Position numbers and translations under genes: made by a program. Below are positions 49,946 through 60,494 of a DNA stretch of 64,000 nt, piece by piece. The notes under the pieces are model-generated. The model worked only from the letters and a program-made list of their open reading frames with translations. It did not search any database and was not told where the DNA came from. Position 1 is the first letter of the stretch; every line of letters starts with the position of its first letter. This stretch comes from Alphaproteobacteria bacterium (GTDB lineage: Bacteria > Pseudomonadota > Alphaproteobacteria > CALKHQ01): the NCBI GenBank assembly GCA_965227515.1, contig CBDDFZ010000001.1, positions 1,280,001-1,344,000 of the forward strand, given 5' to 3'.

Positions 49946-51268
49946 ATGAACGGCGCGACACTGCCGTTTGCCGGGATTGCGTCCGTGCTGCTGCACGTTG
50001 CCGCCATGCTGGCGGTGATCTTCCTGAACTTCGAGGACATCGAGGAACCGCCGTTTGCGTTCGCGGTCGGCATGGTGTCGCTGGACGAGATCACCGCGGC
50101 GCCCAACGTGGCCGACATTGCGCCGCCCCGCCCGGATGTGACGCCGGACGAGCCAGCGGGCCGCGAGGCGGCACCGGTGGAGGAGGTCAGCGACCTGCCG
50201 GAGCAGGCGCAGACCGCCGATCCCGCGCCGGCTGCGTCCGACCAGCCGGACGCGCCCGATGTGGCCGAAGTGCCGGACCGCGCGCCCGATCCGCTGTCCG
50301 ACGCCGCGAACGATTCGCCCGACGTGCCGGACGTGGCCGACACACCGGCGGACCCGCCGCCGGCGCTCGCTGCCGCACCGTCACCGCCGGAACAGACCGC
50401 ACCCGATGTGGCCGATGCCGATCCCGTGCCGCCGGCGCCCGACGCCCCGGTGCAAGACGTGCCGAACGCGCCGGTGCCGGAACTGCCCGACGCGCCGACT
50501 GGCGCCGAAAGCGCCGACCAGGGGCCGCCGGCCGCCGATCTGCTGCCGCCACAGGCGCCGGAGCGCGATCCGACCGTGGTGGCCGCGCTGGAGGCGCCCG
50601 AGGCGCCGCCGGAGCAGGACGTCCAGCCGGTCGACGAGCCGCAGCAGGCCGAGGACCAGGCCCCGGTGCCGGAACTGGCGGCCCTGGACACGCCGGACGT
50701 GCCGGTGCCGGACCTGATGCCGGCGCGGACCGAGGATCCCTCGCCGCCGCCACCGCCGCCGCAGCAGCAAAGCCCGGTCACGGACGATTCGGCGGAGCCG
50801 GCCGAACAGCCCGACGAGATTGCCAGCGTGCTGCAATCGCTGACCGATCCCACCTCGCGCGCCCCGGACTCGGCGGATGGGGCGGCAAGCGGCCCCGGCT
50901 CAGGTGGCCAGGACGGCGCCGGCGTGGCGCCGCTGGGCGCGCCGGTGCGGGCCGAACAGGTGCTTGGCGCGCCCGGCGTGGACGCGGTGCGGCGTGCGAT
51001 CAAGCCCTGCTACAACCCGCCGTTCGGGGCGCAGGGGGCGGAAAACATGCGCATTCCGATCCGCGCCACCTTGAACAGCAGTGGCGTGGTGATCGATGCC
51101 CAGATCGTCGAGCAGAACAACATGGGCGATCCGGTCTATCGCGCCGCCGCGGATTCGGCGCGTCGCGCGCTGTTGAACGGCGCCTGCCAGCCGCTGCCGC
51201 TGGCCAGCAATTTGTGGCCGCAATGGCAGTACATAACGTTCAACTTCAGCATGGATGACATGTTATGA
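49946..51268 (+). CDS. tolA: TolA (Pro/Asp-rich linker)
   Basis: TM with S..LH motif, long acidic Pro-rich linker, C-terminal CYNPP...SARRAL..C.PL.L domain; between tolR and tolB. Confidence 0.85.
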   Translation: MNGATLPFAGIASVLLHVAAMLAVIFLNFEDIEEPPFAFAVGMVSLDEITAAPNVADIAPPRPDVTPDEPAGREAAPVEEVSDLPEQAQTADPAPAASDQPDAPDVAEVPDRAPDPLSDAANDSPDVPDVADTPADPPPALAAAPSPPEQTAPDVADADPVPPAPDAPVQDVPNAPVPELPDAPTGAESADQGPPAADLLPPQAPERDPTVVAALEAPEAPPEQDVQPVDEPQQAEDQAPVPELAALDTPDVPVPDLMPARTEDPSPPPPPPQQQSPVTDDSAEPAEQPDEIASVLQSLTDPTSRAPDSADGAASGPGSGGQDGAGVAPLGAPVRAEQVLGAPGVDAVRRAIKPCYNPPFGAQGAENMRIPIRATLNSSGVVIDAQIVEQNNMGDPVYRAAADSARRALLNGACQPLPLASNLWPQWQYITFNFSMDDML

Positions 51269-51442
51269 GATGCCGCAACCTTGCCAAGATTTTGGTTTCA
51301 ATTGGCCTGGGCAGTCGGTAACGACAGCCGATGTTACGCGAATCGGCTGGTATTGCTCGACTTGCGCGAGAATGCGCTCCGGGAGCACGCGGCAGAACCT
51401 GCGGCAACAGGGAGGTCGCCCGCTGGGTGATCCATTTGGGGG

Positions 51443-52813
51443 ATGATCGATAACATGAAACATGCCACGTCTCGGCGCGGGGCCTTGTTGGCCGCCCTGC
51501 TGGCCATGGCTGTCGTGGCGTTCGGCGTGGCGGGCCAAGGCCAGGCGCGTGCCGAACTGGTCATCGACATTACCGAAGGCACGGTCGAGCCGCTGCCGAT
51601 CGCGATTCCGGATTTCACCGGCGCCTCGCTGGAAGGCTCGGAACTCGGCCGTCAGATCGCCGGCGTGATCACGTCGGACCTGGAAAGCTCCGGCCTGTTC
51701 CGCCCGATCGCGGTGCAGAGCCTGCCGCAGACCGCGCAGCAACTGGCGGCGGATGCCGGCCCCGACTTCGGGCTGTGGACCAGTTCCGGCGCCCAGGCGC
51801 TGGTGACCGGGACGTCGACGATCCAAAGCGACGGGCGGCTGTCGGTGGACTTCCGGCTGTGGGACGTGCTGGCCAACGAGCAGATCGAGGGCCTGAACTT
51901 CACCACCGATGCCGACAACTGGCGCCGCATCGCGCACAAGATCGCCGACGCGATCTACGCGCGGATCACCGGCGAGACCGGCTATTTCGATACCCGCGTG
52001 GTCTATGTCGCGGAATCCGGCCCGGCCGACCAGCGCGTTAAGCGGCTGGCGATCATGGACCAGGACGGCGCCAACCACGCCTATCTGACCGACGGCAGCT
52101 ATCTGGTGCTGACACCGCGCTTCTCGCCGTCGAACCAGACCATCACCTACGTCGCCTACATCAACAACCAGCCGCGGGTGTACCTGTTCAACCTGGAGTC
52201 GGGCCAGCAGCGCTCGCTCGGCGACTTTCCGGGCATGACCTATGCGCCGCGGTTCACGCCGGACGGCGGATCGCTGCTGATGAGCCTGGATCAGGGCGGC
52301 AACAGCGAGATCTATCGCATCAACCTGGCCAGCGGGGCGCAGACCCGGCTGACCAACCATCCGGCGATCGATACCGGCGCCAGCATGGCGCCCGACGGCG
52401 CGCGCATCGTGTTCGAGTCCGACCGCAGCGGGTCGCAGCAACTTTACGTGATGGGTGCCGGCGGCGGCGGCGCGCAGCGGATCAGCTTCGGCGAGGGACG
52501 CTACGGCACGCCGGTGTGGTCGCCGCGCGGCGACCTGATCGCCTTCACCAAGATTCTGGGCGGCAAGTTCTATATCGGCGTCATGCGGCCGGACGGCAGC
52601 GGCGAACGGCTGCTGGCCGAGGGCTTTCTGGTCGAAAGCCCGACCTGGGCGCCGAACGGGCGCGTGCTGATGTTCTACACGCAAAGCCCCACCACATCGG
52701 CCGGCCAGACGTCGGCCCGGCTGTTTTCCGTCGACCTGACCGGCTTCAATCAGCGTTCGGTCGGTTCGCCGGGGGACGGATCGGATCCGGCGTGGTCGCC
52801 TTTGCTGCCCTGA
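51443..52813 (+). CDS. tolB: TolB beta-propeller protein
   Basis: PLPIAIPDF, RRIAHKIAD.IY..ITGE.GYFDTR, PD40 repeats, C-terminal SDPAWSP. Confidence 0.96.
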   Translation: MIDNMKHATSRRGALLAALLAMAVVAFGVAGQGQARAELVIDITEGTVEPLPIAIPDFTGASLEGSELGRQIAGVITSDLESSGLFRPIAVQSLPQTAQQLAADAGPDFGLWTSSGAQALVTGTSTIQSDGRLSVDFRLWDVLANEQIEGLNFTTDADNWRRIAHKIADAIYARITGETGYFDTRVVYVAESGPADQRVKRLAIMDQDGANHAYLTDGSYLVLTPRFSPSNQTITYVAYINNQPRVYLFNLESGQQRSLGDFPGMTYAPRFTPDGGSLLMSLDQGGNSEIYRINLASGAQTRLTNHPAIDTGASMAPDGARIVFESDRSGSQQLYVMGAGGGGAQRISFGEGRYGTPVWSPRGDLIAFTKILGGKFYIGVMRPDGSGERLLAEGFLVESPTWAPNGRVLMFYTQSPTTSAGQTSARLFSVDLTGFNQRSVGSPGDGSDPAWSPLLP

Positions 52814-52944
52814 TGGGATGTGCCGGGCGCGGCGGTGTTGCCGCTCCGGCGGACTCGCACTTCACGATAGTTTGCGGTGCTTTTTGAGCGGCGCTGCAGC
52901 CCTGCTATTGGTCAACAAAGCTCAATGGTCGTGAGAGGGTAAGG

Positions 52945-53430
52945 ATGTTTCGTACGGTTTTGGCATTCGTGGGAATCGCGTTCCTGCTTGCCGCCTGTGG
53001 GTCGGACAGCAGCCAGACCGGCAATCAGGCCGCGATTTCGCAGCCGGTGGTCGCCGGCACCGCAGGCCCGGTGCCTGGCACGCAGGAGGATCTGCGCGTC
53101 AACATCGGTGACCGGGTGTTCTTCGACTACGACCAGTCCACGTTGCGGCCGGAAGCGCGCCAGCTTGTGGAGCGCTGGGCGCAGTGGCTGAACCAGTATC
53201 CCAATCTGCGGGTGACCCTGGAGGGGCATGCCGACGAGCGCGGCACCCGCGAGTATAACCTGGCCTTGGGCGCGCGGCGCGCGAACGCGGTCCGCGACTA
53301 CCTAGTGTCTCTCGGTATCTCGGGCGCGCGGCTGGCGACGATCAGCTACGGCAAGGAACGGCCGGCGATCCCGGGGTCGAACGAGACGTCGTACTCGCAG
53401 AACCGCCGCGGCGTGATGCTGGTGAACTAG
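52945..53430 (+). CDS. pal: Peptidoglycan-associated lipoprotein Pal
   Basis: Lipobox LAAC; RVFFDYD, EGHADERGTREYNLALG.RRA, SYGKERP, NRR. Confidence 0.97.
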   Translation: MFRTVLAFVGIAFLLAACGSDSSQTGNQAAISQPVVAGTAGPVPGTQEDLRVNIGDRVFFDYDQSTLRPEARQLVERWAQWLNQYPNLRVTLEGHADERGTREYNLALGARRANAVRDYLVSLGISGARLATISYGKERPAIPGSNETSYSQNRRGVMLVN

Positions 53431-53480
53431 GCACGCGGCGCGTGTAGGTCAGGGTTTCGAGCAGTTTGTGGAGAAAGGCG

Positions 53481-54266
53481 ATGGTCGGGTTTCGTCGCAC
53501 GACAGGTAGGGTTCGCATCGGCAGCTTCGCCGCCGCCGCGGTGGTGGCGGTCATGGGGGCGGCCGGCGCGTCGGCGCAGGACTCGAACATCGGCCTTCTC
53601 TACGACAAGCTCACGACCCTGGAAGCGCAGATGAGCGACCTAACCAACCGGGTCGAACGGCTGGAATACAGCGTGGGCCAGTTGACCCAGCGACTTGAGG
53701 CGCTGGCCCGCGACGTCGACTTCCGCTTCAACGAGCTTGGCGGCAGTTCGGGCAGTTCCGGCGCGGTGTCGCCGTCGCTGACCGCCCCGCAGCCGCCCGG
53801 CAATAACGGTGGCGGCAATAGCGTCGGCAGCAGCGATGTCGCGGCACCGTCGCAGACCGCCTCGCTGAACATCCCGAATGGAGAGGCGGAGCAGCAGTTC
53901 CAGTTCATCCGCCAATTGCTGGACGCCGGCGACTATCCCACCGCCGATGCATCGTTGCGCCGGTTCATCGAGCAGTATCCGACCCATCCGCTGGCTTCGA
54001 GCGCGTTCTTCTGGCTGGGCGAGATCTACTACGACCAGCGCGACTACATGCGCGCGGCGGAGACCTATGCCGCTGGCCTGTCGAACTATCCGCAGGGCTA
54101 CAAGGCGCCGGATACGCTGTTGAAGCTGGCGCTGGCGCTGACCGAGCTTGGCCGGGCGAGTGACGCCTGCGCCGCGCTGAACCAGCTCCAGACCGCTTAT
54201 CCGACGGCCCCGTTCAACATTCAGCAGCGCGCCATCACGGCGCGTGCGACCGCGGGCTGCGGCTGA
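53481..54266 (+). CDS. cpoB: Tol-pal system protein CpoB/YbgF
   Basis: Signal peptide, coiled coil, TPR motifs FWLGE and KAPD.LLKL; follows pal. Confidence 0.9.
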   Translation: MVGFRRTTGRVRIGSFAAAAVVAVMGAAGASAQDSNIGLLYDKLTTLEAQMSDLTNRVERLEYSVGQLTQRLEALARDVDFRFNELGGSSGSSGAVSPSLTAPQPPGNNGGGNSVGSSDVAAPSQTASLNIPNGEAEQQFQFIRQLLDAGDYPTADASLRRFIEQYPTHPLASSAFFWLGEIYYDQRDYMRAAETYAAGLSNYPQGYKAPDTLLKLALALTELGRASDACAALNQLQTAYPTAPFNIQQRAITARATAGCG

Positions 54267-54349
54267 TCGCAACTCCCGACGCGACCGAACGGGCGGCGGC
54301 CGGCACGGACAACGCCGCGGCGCTGACCGATGCCGATTTCGGCAGCCGG

Positions 54350-55618
54350 ATGGCGCGGTTCGCGCCGTTCGAGCCGTCACCGACTGTGGCTGTCGCGGTA
54401 TCGGGCGGCGCGGACAGCATGGCGCTCGCCTGGCTTGCCGGGCGGTGGGCGCGGCAGGCCGGCGGGCGGACCATCGGATTGATCGTCGACCACGGCCTGC
54501 GCCCGGAAGCGGCGGACGAGGCGGCGCGGGCGGCGGCCTGGCTGACCGCCATGGATATCGAGGCCCATGTCCTGACCGTGTCGGCGGCCCCGCCGGCCAC
54601 CGGCAATGTGCAGGCCTGGGCCCGCGACCAGCGCTATCACGCCATGGAAGAGTGGTGCCGGGCGCAAGGCGTTCTGCACCTGCTGGTCGGCCATCATGCC
54701 GACGACCAGGCGGAGACGGTGTTGCAGCGCCTGGCGCGCGGCAGCGGCGTCCATGGCCTGTCCGCGATGACGCCGTGCCGGATGCTGACCCATGTGCGTG
54801 TGCTGCGGCCGTTGCTGAGCTGCGCGCGCGCCGCACTGCGGCGAACCTTGCAGGCGGCGGGGCAGGACTGGCTGGACGATCCCTCAAACGAGGACGAGCG
54901 GTTCGACCGGGTGCGCCTGCGCAAGGCGCTGGCAAGCCTAGCGCCGGAGAATGCGGTGGGCCAGCACCTGGCGGATTCCGCCGCGGCGCTGCAACGCGCC
55001 CGTGCGGCACTGGACACGGCGGTGAGCGCGTGCCTGGCATCGGCGGTCACCATCGACCCGGCGGGCTATGCCTGGCTGCTGTCCGCGCCACTGTGCGCGG
55101 CCCCGGACGAAGTGGCGCACCGGGCGATGACGCAATTGTTGGCCTGCATTGGCGGCGGCGCGCATCCGTCGTCGCAAGCGGCGGTGGCGCGGGTGGTCGA
55201 CACGGTGCGCCAGCACGCCGGCGGGGCCCGCACCCTGGCCGGTTGCCGGCTCGTCGCCAAGACCCATGGGTGGCTGATTTGTCGCGAAAACCGCCGGATT
55301 CCGGCGCCTTTGACGTTGCAGCCGGGCGACATGGGGCGTTGGGACAAGCGGTTCGTCTGCCGGCTCGATTCCACGGCCCGAGGCCCGATGACGGTGCGGG
55401 CGCGACAGCGTGGCGACCGCCTGGGCAGCGAGGCGATCGGCATTCCGGGGCCGGCACGGGCGGGCGTTCCGGTGGTGGAGGCGCTTGACGGCCGCATCTG
55501 GCTTCCCCACCTCTATCGTCGGGCGGATGACGCAGGATCCGTGATGGCTTGCCTGTCGGTGGCGTTCGCGCCACATCGTCCGTTGAGCGAGCCGTTGGTG
55601 AAGGTAAGGCCCGCGTAG
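54350..55618 (+). CDS. tilS: tRNA(Ile)-lysidine synthetase
   Basis: AVSGGADSMAL, VDHGLR, ARDQRY, HHADDQAET, RPLL, DPSN..RFDR. Confidence 0.93.
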   Translation: MARFAPFEPSPTVAVAVSGGADSMALAWLAGRWARQAGGRTIGLIVDHGLRPEAADEAARAAAWLTAMDIEAHVLTVSAAPPATGNVQAWARDQRYHAMEEWCRAQGVLHLLVGHHADDQAETVLQRLARGSGVHGLSAMTPCRMLTHVRVLRPLLSCARAALRRTLQAAGQDWLDDPSNEDERFDRVRLRKALASLAPENAVGQHLADSAAALQRARAALDTAVSACLASAVTIDPAGYAWLLSAPLCAAPDEVAHRAMTQLLACIGGGAHPSSQAAVARVVDTVRQHAGGARTLAGCRLVAKTHGWLICRENRRIPAPLTLQPGDMGRWDKRFVCRLDSTARGPMTVRARQRGDRLGSEAIGIPGPARAGVPVVEALDGRIWLPHLYRRADDAGSVMACLSVAFAPHRPLSEPLVKVRPA

Positions 55619-55630
55619 GTGATGGTTTCT

Positions 55631-55661
55631 GAGGGCTGGCGCGGACTTCAGCGTGAGCTGA
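55631..55661 (+). repeat. Partial copy of repeat family 1 (right arm plus tail)
   Basis: gagggctggcgcggacttcagcgtgagctga. Confidence 0.7.
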
Positions 55662-55785
55662 CGCTGTTCAAGCGCGCTGATGGCATGACGGTTGCGTATT
55701 TGCTACAATGCCCCTGAAGCTGGGGCTGCCATGATGGCTTGGCCGTGATGGCTCTGATGGGCGGCGTTCGAGGAAGGACGATCAG

Positions 55786-57729
55786 TTGAACAATTTCGGC
55801 AAGAATATCTTGTTGTGGGTGATCATCGGCTTGTTGCTGCTGGCACTCTTCAACCTGTTCTCCACATCGGGCGGGCGCAGCGGCCAGCAGGCGGTGGGCT
55901 ACACCGAATTCCTGGAGCAGGTGGACCGCGGCCAGGTCCGCGAGGTCACCATCCAGGGCCACAACATCACCGGCCAGACCCAGCAGGGTCTCGTTTTCCA
56001 GACCTACGCCCCGGACGACCCGATGCTGGTCGACCGGCTGATCGCCTCCGGCGTCAACGTGTCGGCCTCGCCGCCGGACGAGGGCATGCACCCGCTGCTG
56101 TCGATCCTGGCGTCATGGCTGCCGTTCATCATCCTGATCGCGATCTGGATCTTCTTCATGCGCCAGATGCAGTCGGGCGGCGGCCGGGCCATGGGCTTCG
56201 GCAAGTCGCGCGCCAGGCTGCTGACCGAAAAGGTCGGCCGGGTGACGTTCGACGACGTGGCCGGTGTCGACGAGGCGAAGGACGAGCTGCAGGAGATCGT
56301 CGAGTTCCTGCGCGACCCGCAGAAGTTCCAGCGCCTGGGCGGCAAGATCCCGAAGGGCGCGCTGCTGGTCGGCCCGCCCGGCACCGGTAAGACGCTGCTG
56401 GCCCGCGCCATTGCCGGCGAGGCCAACGTGCCGTTCTTCACCATCTCCGGCTCCGACTTCGTGGAGATGTTCGTCGGCGTCGGCGCGTCGCGGGTGCGCG
56501 ACATGTTCGAGCAGGGCAAGAAGAACGCGCCCTGCATCATCTTCATTGACGAGATCGACGCGGTCGGCCGCCATCGCGGCGCCGGCCTGGGCGGCGGCAA
56601 CGACGAGCGCGAGCAGACGCTGAACCAGTTGCTGGTTGAGATGGACGGTTTCGAGTCCAACGAGGGCGTCATCCTGATCGCCGCCACCAACCGGCCGGAC
56701 GTGCTGGATCCGGCGCTGCTGCGCCCGGGCCGCTTCGACCGCCAGATCGTGGTGCCGAACCCGGATATCCTGGGCCGCGAGAAGATCTTGAAGGTTCACA
56801 TGCGCAAGGTGCCGCTGGCGCCCGATGTGGACGCGCGGGTTGTCGCGCGCGGCACGCCGGGCTTCTCCGGCGCCGACCTGGCCAATCTGGTCAACGAGGC
56901 CGCCCTGATGGCGGCGCGGCGCGGCAAGCGCATGGTCACCATGGCCGATTTCGAGGCCGCCAAGGACAAGGTGCTGATGGGCTCCGAGCGCCGGTCCATG
57001 GTGATGACCGAGGACGAGAAGAAGCTGACCGCCTATCACGAGGCCGGTCACGCCCTTGTCGGCCTGAACACCCCGGCCAGCGACCCGCTGCACAAGGTCA
57101 CCATCATCCCGCGCGGCCGCGCGCTGGGCGTGACCATGATGCTGCCGGAGCGCGACAAGTACGGCTACACGCTGCAGGAGGTCACCTCCAAGATCGCGAT
57201 GATGTTCGGCGGTCGGGTGGCCGAGGACCTGGTGTTCGGCCGCGAGAAGGTGACCACCGGTGCGGCCGACGACATTCGCCAGGCGACCAACCTTGCCCGC
57301 AAGATGGTCACCGAATGGGGCATGTCGGACCGGCTTGGCCCGTTGCGCTACTCCGGCGATCAGGAGGAGGTGTTCCTGGGCCACTCGGTGACCCAGACCA
57401 AGAACACGTCCGATGCGACGGCTAAGATCATCGACGAGGAAGTGCGCCGGCTGGTGGAGGAAGGGCAGGACCGCGCCCGTACCATCCTGACCGAGCACCG
57501 CGATGACCTGGAGACGCTGGCGCAGGCGCTGCTGGAGTATGAGACCCTGAGCGGCGAGGAAGTGGAGGCGCTGCTGCGCGGCGAGTCCATCAATCGCGAT
57601 GAGGACAGCGGCAGTGCGCCGACCACGCCGCCGCGCTCCTCGGTGCCGACCAGCGGCGCCGCCGGCGGTACCGGCGACCGCAAGCAGGACGGCGGCATCG
57701 GCCCCGAGCCGGAGCCCCAGGGGACCTGA
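55786..57729 (+). CDS. ftsH: ATP-dependent zinc metalloprotease FtsH
   Basis: Two TMs, [27 protein letters not shown]. Confidence 0.98.
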   Translation: MNNFGKNILLWVIIGLLLLALFNLFSTSGGRSGQQAVGYTEFLEQVDRGQVREVTIQGHNITGQTQQGLVFQTYAPDDPMLVDRLIASGVNVSASPPDEGMHPLLSILASWLPFIILIAIWIFFMRQMQSGGGRAMGFGKSRARLLTEKVGRVTFDDVAGVDEAKDELQEIVEFLRDPQKFQRLGGKIPKGALLVGPPGTGKTLLARAIAGEANVPFFTISGSDFVEMFVGVGASRVRDMFEQGKKNAPCIIFIDEIDAVGRHRGAGLGGGNDEREQTLNQLLVEMDGFESNEGVILIAATNRPDVLDPALLRPGRFDRQIVVPNPDILGREKILKVHMRKVPLAPDVDARVVARGTPGFSGADLANLVNEAALMAARRGKRMVTMADFEAAKDKVLMGSERRSMVMTEDEKKLTAYHEAGHALVGLNTPASDPLHKVTIIPRGRALGVTMMLPERDKYGYTLQEVTSKIAMMFGGRVAEDLVFGREKVTTGAADDIRQATNLARKMVTEWGMSDRLGPLRYSGDQEEVFLGHSVTQTKNTSDATAKIIDEEVRRLVEEGQDRARTILTEHRDDLETLAQALLEYETLSGEEVEALLRGESINRDEDSGSAPTTPPRSSVPTSGAAGGTGDRKQDGGIGPEPEPQGT

Positions 57730-57780
57730 CGCCAGGGGACCTGACGCCCGGGGACCTGACGCCCGGGCACCTCACGCCAG
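57721..57780. repeat. 4 x 15-bp tandem repeat across the ftsH stop
   Basis: gggacctgacgccag / gggacctgacgcccg / gggacctgacgcccg / ggcacctcacgccag. Confidence 0.85.
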
Positions 57781-57834
57781 GTTGGGGGTTAGGGTAGGCC
57801 CACTCAGCGCAAGCGCAGAACGACCTAGCTTCTG

Positions 57835-58389
57835 TCAGATGTAGACCGAACCGGCATCGGGCGCCGCATGGGTTGGCGGCCGGCCGGGCGCGTGCCCGCG
57901 CGTGCCGGTATCGGTGAAGATCGCCCGGATGTGCGACGACATGGCGATGTCCATGTCCAGCATCACCAGCTTGCAGATGGCGGCCTGTATGCCGGCGAGC
58001 GCATCGTCGTCGCTGAATGCGTCTGCGGCGCAGCGCAGAAATTCCTGCAGCATCGCCGAATAGCCCGCCGAATAGAGCGAGGGAATGCCGCCGGCCTTGC
58101 GATGGGCCGCGCCGACCTTGATGGTCCGCCGAATATAGGCGTCACCGAAGTCGCAGGCGAACAGCCCCAGCCAGTGCTCGCGCTGTTTCTCGAACAGCCT
58201 CTTGTCGTCGGTGGCGGCCAGGATCTTGTCGATCTGGGGGTCCATGCGAACCACCCGGTAGAATGCGTGCATGATGTTGTCGAGGTCGCGCGTGACCACC
58301 GGAATGAACGGCTCCAGGACGGGCTTGGTCGTTTCGTCGATGCCGAACAGGCGCAACCGGCCCGGCAGGTCGATGGTGGCATTCTTCAT
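57835..58389 (-). CDS. Single-domain sensor globin (protoglobin/HemAT-like domain)
   Basis: RL.LFGID, AFY (B10 Tyr), L...Q.EHW..LF, VG.AH (proximal His), Y.AGY, K..MLDMDIA; true start likely ATG 58389. Confidence 0.85.
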   Translation of the reverse strand: MKNATIDLPGRLRLFGIDETTKPVLEPFIPVVTRDLDNIMHAFYRVVRMDPQIDKILAATDDKRLFEKQREHWLGLFACDFGDAYIRRTIKVGAAHRKAGGIPSLYSAGYSAMLQEFLRCAADAFSDDDALAGIQAAICKLVMLDMDIAMSSHIRAIFTDTGTRGHAPGRPPTHAAPDAGSVYI

Positions 58390-58483
58390 GGGAGCGGCTC
58401 GATGCTCGTCGCGTTGGCGGCCGGCAGGACCGCAGCCCCGATGTAACGCCGTCACGGTTTGCCGTTGGTTAAACTGGTCGGGC

Positions 58484-58626
58484 CGATTGCGACAAAGACT
58501 GCGGCAGTGCGCCGACCGCGCCGACGCGCTCCTCGGTACTGACGGGCGGGGCCGCCGGTGGCACCGGCGACCGCAAGCAGGACGGCGGCATCGGCCCCGA
58601 GCCGGAGCCCCAGGGGGTCTGGCGTC
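58484..58626 (+). repeat. Diverged direct duplicate of the ftsH 3' end (57591-57733)
   Basis: 54-bp identical core, 57670-57723 = 58563-58616, with mismatched flanks over about 140 bp. Confidence 0.9.
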
Positions 58627-58705
58627 CACGAGCGCCCGTGGTCAAACTAGGTCGTGACCAATCTTGCGGGGCCGCGCGATGCGCGGCCCTGATGTCTTCT
58701 AGCGG

Positions 58706-60337
58706 CTACTCCGCCGCTCTCGCCGGTGGCAAAGCCTGGTCCGTTTCGTCAGGCTCATCTTGATTTGCACCTTTGCCTTCGCAGGGCTCTTCATCCTCCG
58801 ACAGCCGGTCTTGGCCCTCAAGCCAGCGCTCGAGTTTGTATAGTGGTTCATTGAGCCAGGGCCGCGTGCGTAGCCAACGCAGTAGACCGGGAGCCGTGTT
58901 GCCTTCATCCGGTGCGCCGCCAGTGCGTTCAAATGCGATGGCCCAGGCCGCCCTGATCTTGCTGCGAATTTGTCGCTTGGCATGGCGTGATACTGCCCAT
59001 AGCAGCGCAAACCAGCCCATCAGCACGACGACAGCCGTTGGTATGCCCGCGAGTTCTTCGGCGGCCAACTGGTCAACAAACTGCATATATCCGGTCCAGA
59101 AGTTCCATTCGAGCGTTGCCAAATAGAGCAGTCCGGCAGCAACAAGTGTCACCACGCTGGTCACGAATACGCTGTTGGTCAGCCTGCGCAGGAAGACGAA
59201 GTCCGCAGCGCTTTGTTGTGCTGCGAAGCGCTCGACCGGATGGACTTCTTCAATGTCGGGCGCGTGCGGTGGCCCGACAATGTATTCGGCGGGCAGGTTC
59301 ACTGGCGCATAATCCGTCGCACCGGTATGCAGACGATACAACGCGCTGTCATGAAAGCGGGCGTCGATCCCATTGCGCGCACAGAGGCTTTCGATATGCC
59401 GGGGCTTGTAACGATAGAACCAAGCCATGCCGGCGCGAGAGTTATAGAGTTTTCCGTGCGTGCTGCATTCGCGGTTGAACTCCTTCCGCAGATCGGCGTC
59501 ATAGCGCAAGTCATGATCCGCAGCTCGATCCATCATCCAGATCAGCGAAATGTGGGCTAACTCGTCCTTCGGATATCCGCCGCCAACGTTGGCGTGTACA
59601 CCCGCAAACCATATCTGCTCGATCCAGTCCGCCGGCTTGCCGGTGGCCGGATTCGTCTGGTCCCACATCACGGGCTCGAACGTCCGCCGCTGGTCGTCGA
59701 TCGAGAGCACGTGGCATGCCTTGTCCACGACACAGGGGTCGAGCCGACGATTTGAGAATCGAAACCTGTATATGAGCCTGTTCCAGATATCCGCGACGAT
59801 ATCGATCGGGAAACCGACCGCGTCAACCGTATCCCAGACACCGATGAACCGGATGTGCCTGGAATCGCCGTGGACGAGCTTTTTGATGGCATTCGCCTTG
59901 TTGGGGCTCGGCCGTGCCTGCAACGTTAGCCGATGGGCACGATGGATCGCCTCAGACAAGAGCAACGTGCCGCATTTGTGCGGATCGATCACGCCAAACC
60001 TGGCAATAATTCCGCCAACGATACGGATCGTGTAGGCGCCCCGGCTGAACCCGAAGAGATAGATGTTGTCGCCGGGCTCATATACTCGGCACAACGATTC
60101 ATAGAGTTGGCGGACGTTCGCCGACAGGCCATGGCCGATTGCGCCGCCCAGTAGCCGCATTACCTTGTTGCCTTCGGTGCCGACCCCATCGTCATGAAAT
60201 GCGATTTGTTTGGGTTCGACCTCGTCGGTGTTTGTCGTGGCGTCGACCGCCTTGAAGATTCGCCAGACGTTTGTCGCGCGCATCTTGCCGCCGCGATTAC
60301 CGGTGCCGTCCGAGCACAGGACTATGTTCTTCGGCAT
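58706..60337 (-). CDS. DUF2235 (Tle1-like) alpha/beta hydrolase with two C-terminal TM helices
   Basis: IVLCSDGTGN, TNV, DGVGT, GFSRGAYT, GVWDTV, SIDDQR..F, WFAGVHANVGGGY; somewhat lower GC. Confidence 0.9.
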   Translation of the reverse strand: MPKNIVLCSDGTGNRGGKMRATNVWRIFKAVDATTNTDEVEPKQIAFHDDGVGTEGNKVMRLLGGAIGHGLSANVRQLYESLCRVYEPGDNIYLFGFSRGAYTIRIVGGIIARFGVIDPHKCGTLLLSEAIHRAHRLTLQARPSPNKANAIKKLVHGDSRHIRFIGVWDTVDAVGFPIDIVADIWNRLIYRFRFSNRRLDPCVVDKACHVLSIDDQRRTFEPVMWDQTNPATGKPADWIEQIWFAGVHANVGGGYPKDELAHISLIWMMDRAADHDLRYDADLRKEFNRECSTHGKLYNSRAGMAWFYRYKPRHIESLCARNGIDARFHDSALYRLHTGATDYAPVNLPAEYIVGPPHAPDIEEVHPVERFAAQQSAADFVFLRRLTNSVFVTSVVTLVAAGLLYLATLEWNFWTGYMQFVDQLAAEELAGIPTAVVVLMGWFALLWAVSRHAKRQIRSKIRAAWAIAFERTGGAPDEGNTAPGLLRWLRTRPWLNEPLYKLERWLEGQDRLSEDEEPCEGKGANQDEPDETDQALPPARAAE

Positions 60338-60494
60338 GTCAAAATTCCTTCGAGCAAGCATTTGAATATGCCGCCAGGGTGCCAAAAGACGGCCGCTGGC
60401 ACAAATCAAAACCGAATCAATGCTCGAAGGGCTTCGGTGGGCGTTGTACGGATCGCCGGGCGATCGATCGGAGGGTGCGGGCCTGGACTCCCGC

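Noticed and set aside
58390-58629. 80-aa N-terminal extension of the globin in the ORF track
   Set aside because: It is largely the antisense reading of the duplicated ftsH tail; globin similarity begins at ATG 58389
58706-60337. T6SS Tle1 effector locus
   Set aside because: No vgrG, PAAR, adaptor or immunity gene nearby; TM-bearing DUF2235 proteins also occur outside T6SS contexts
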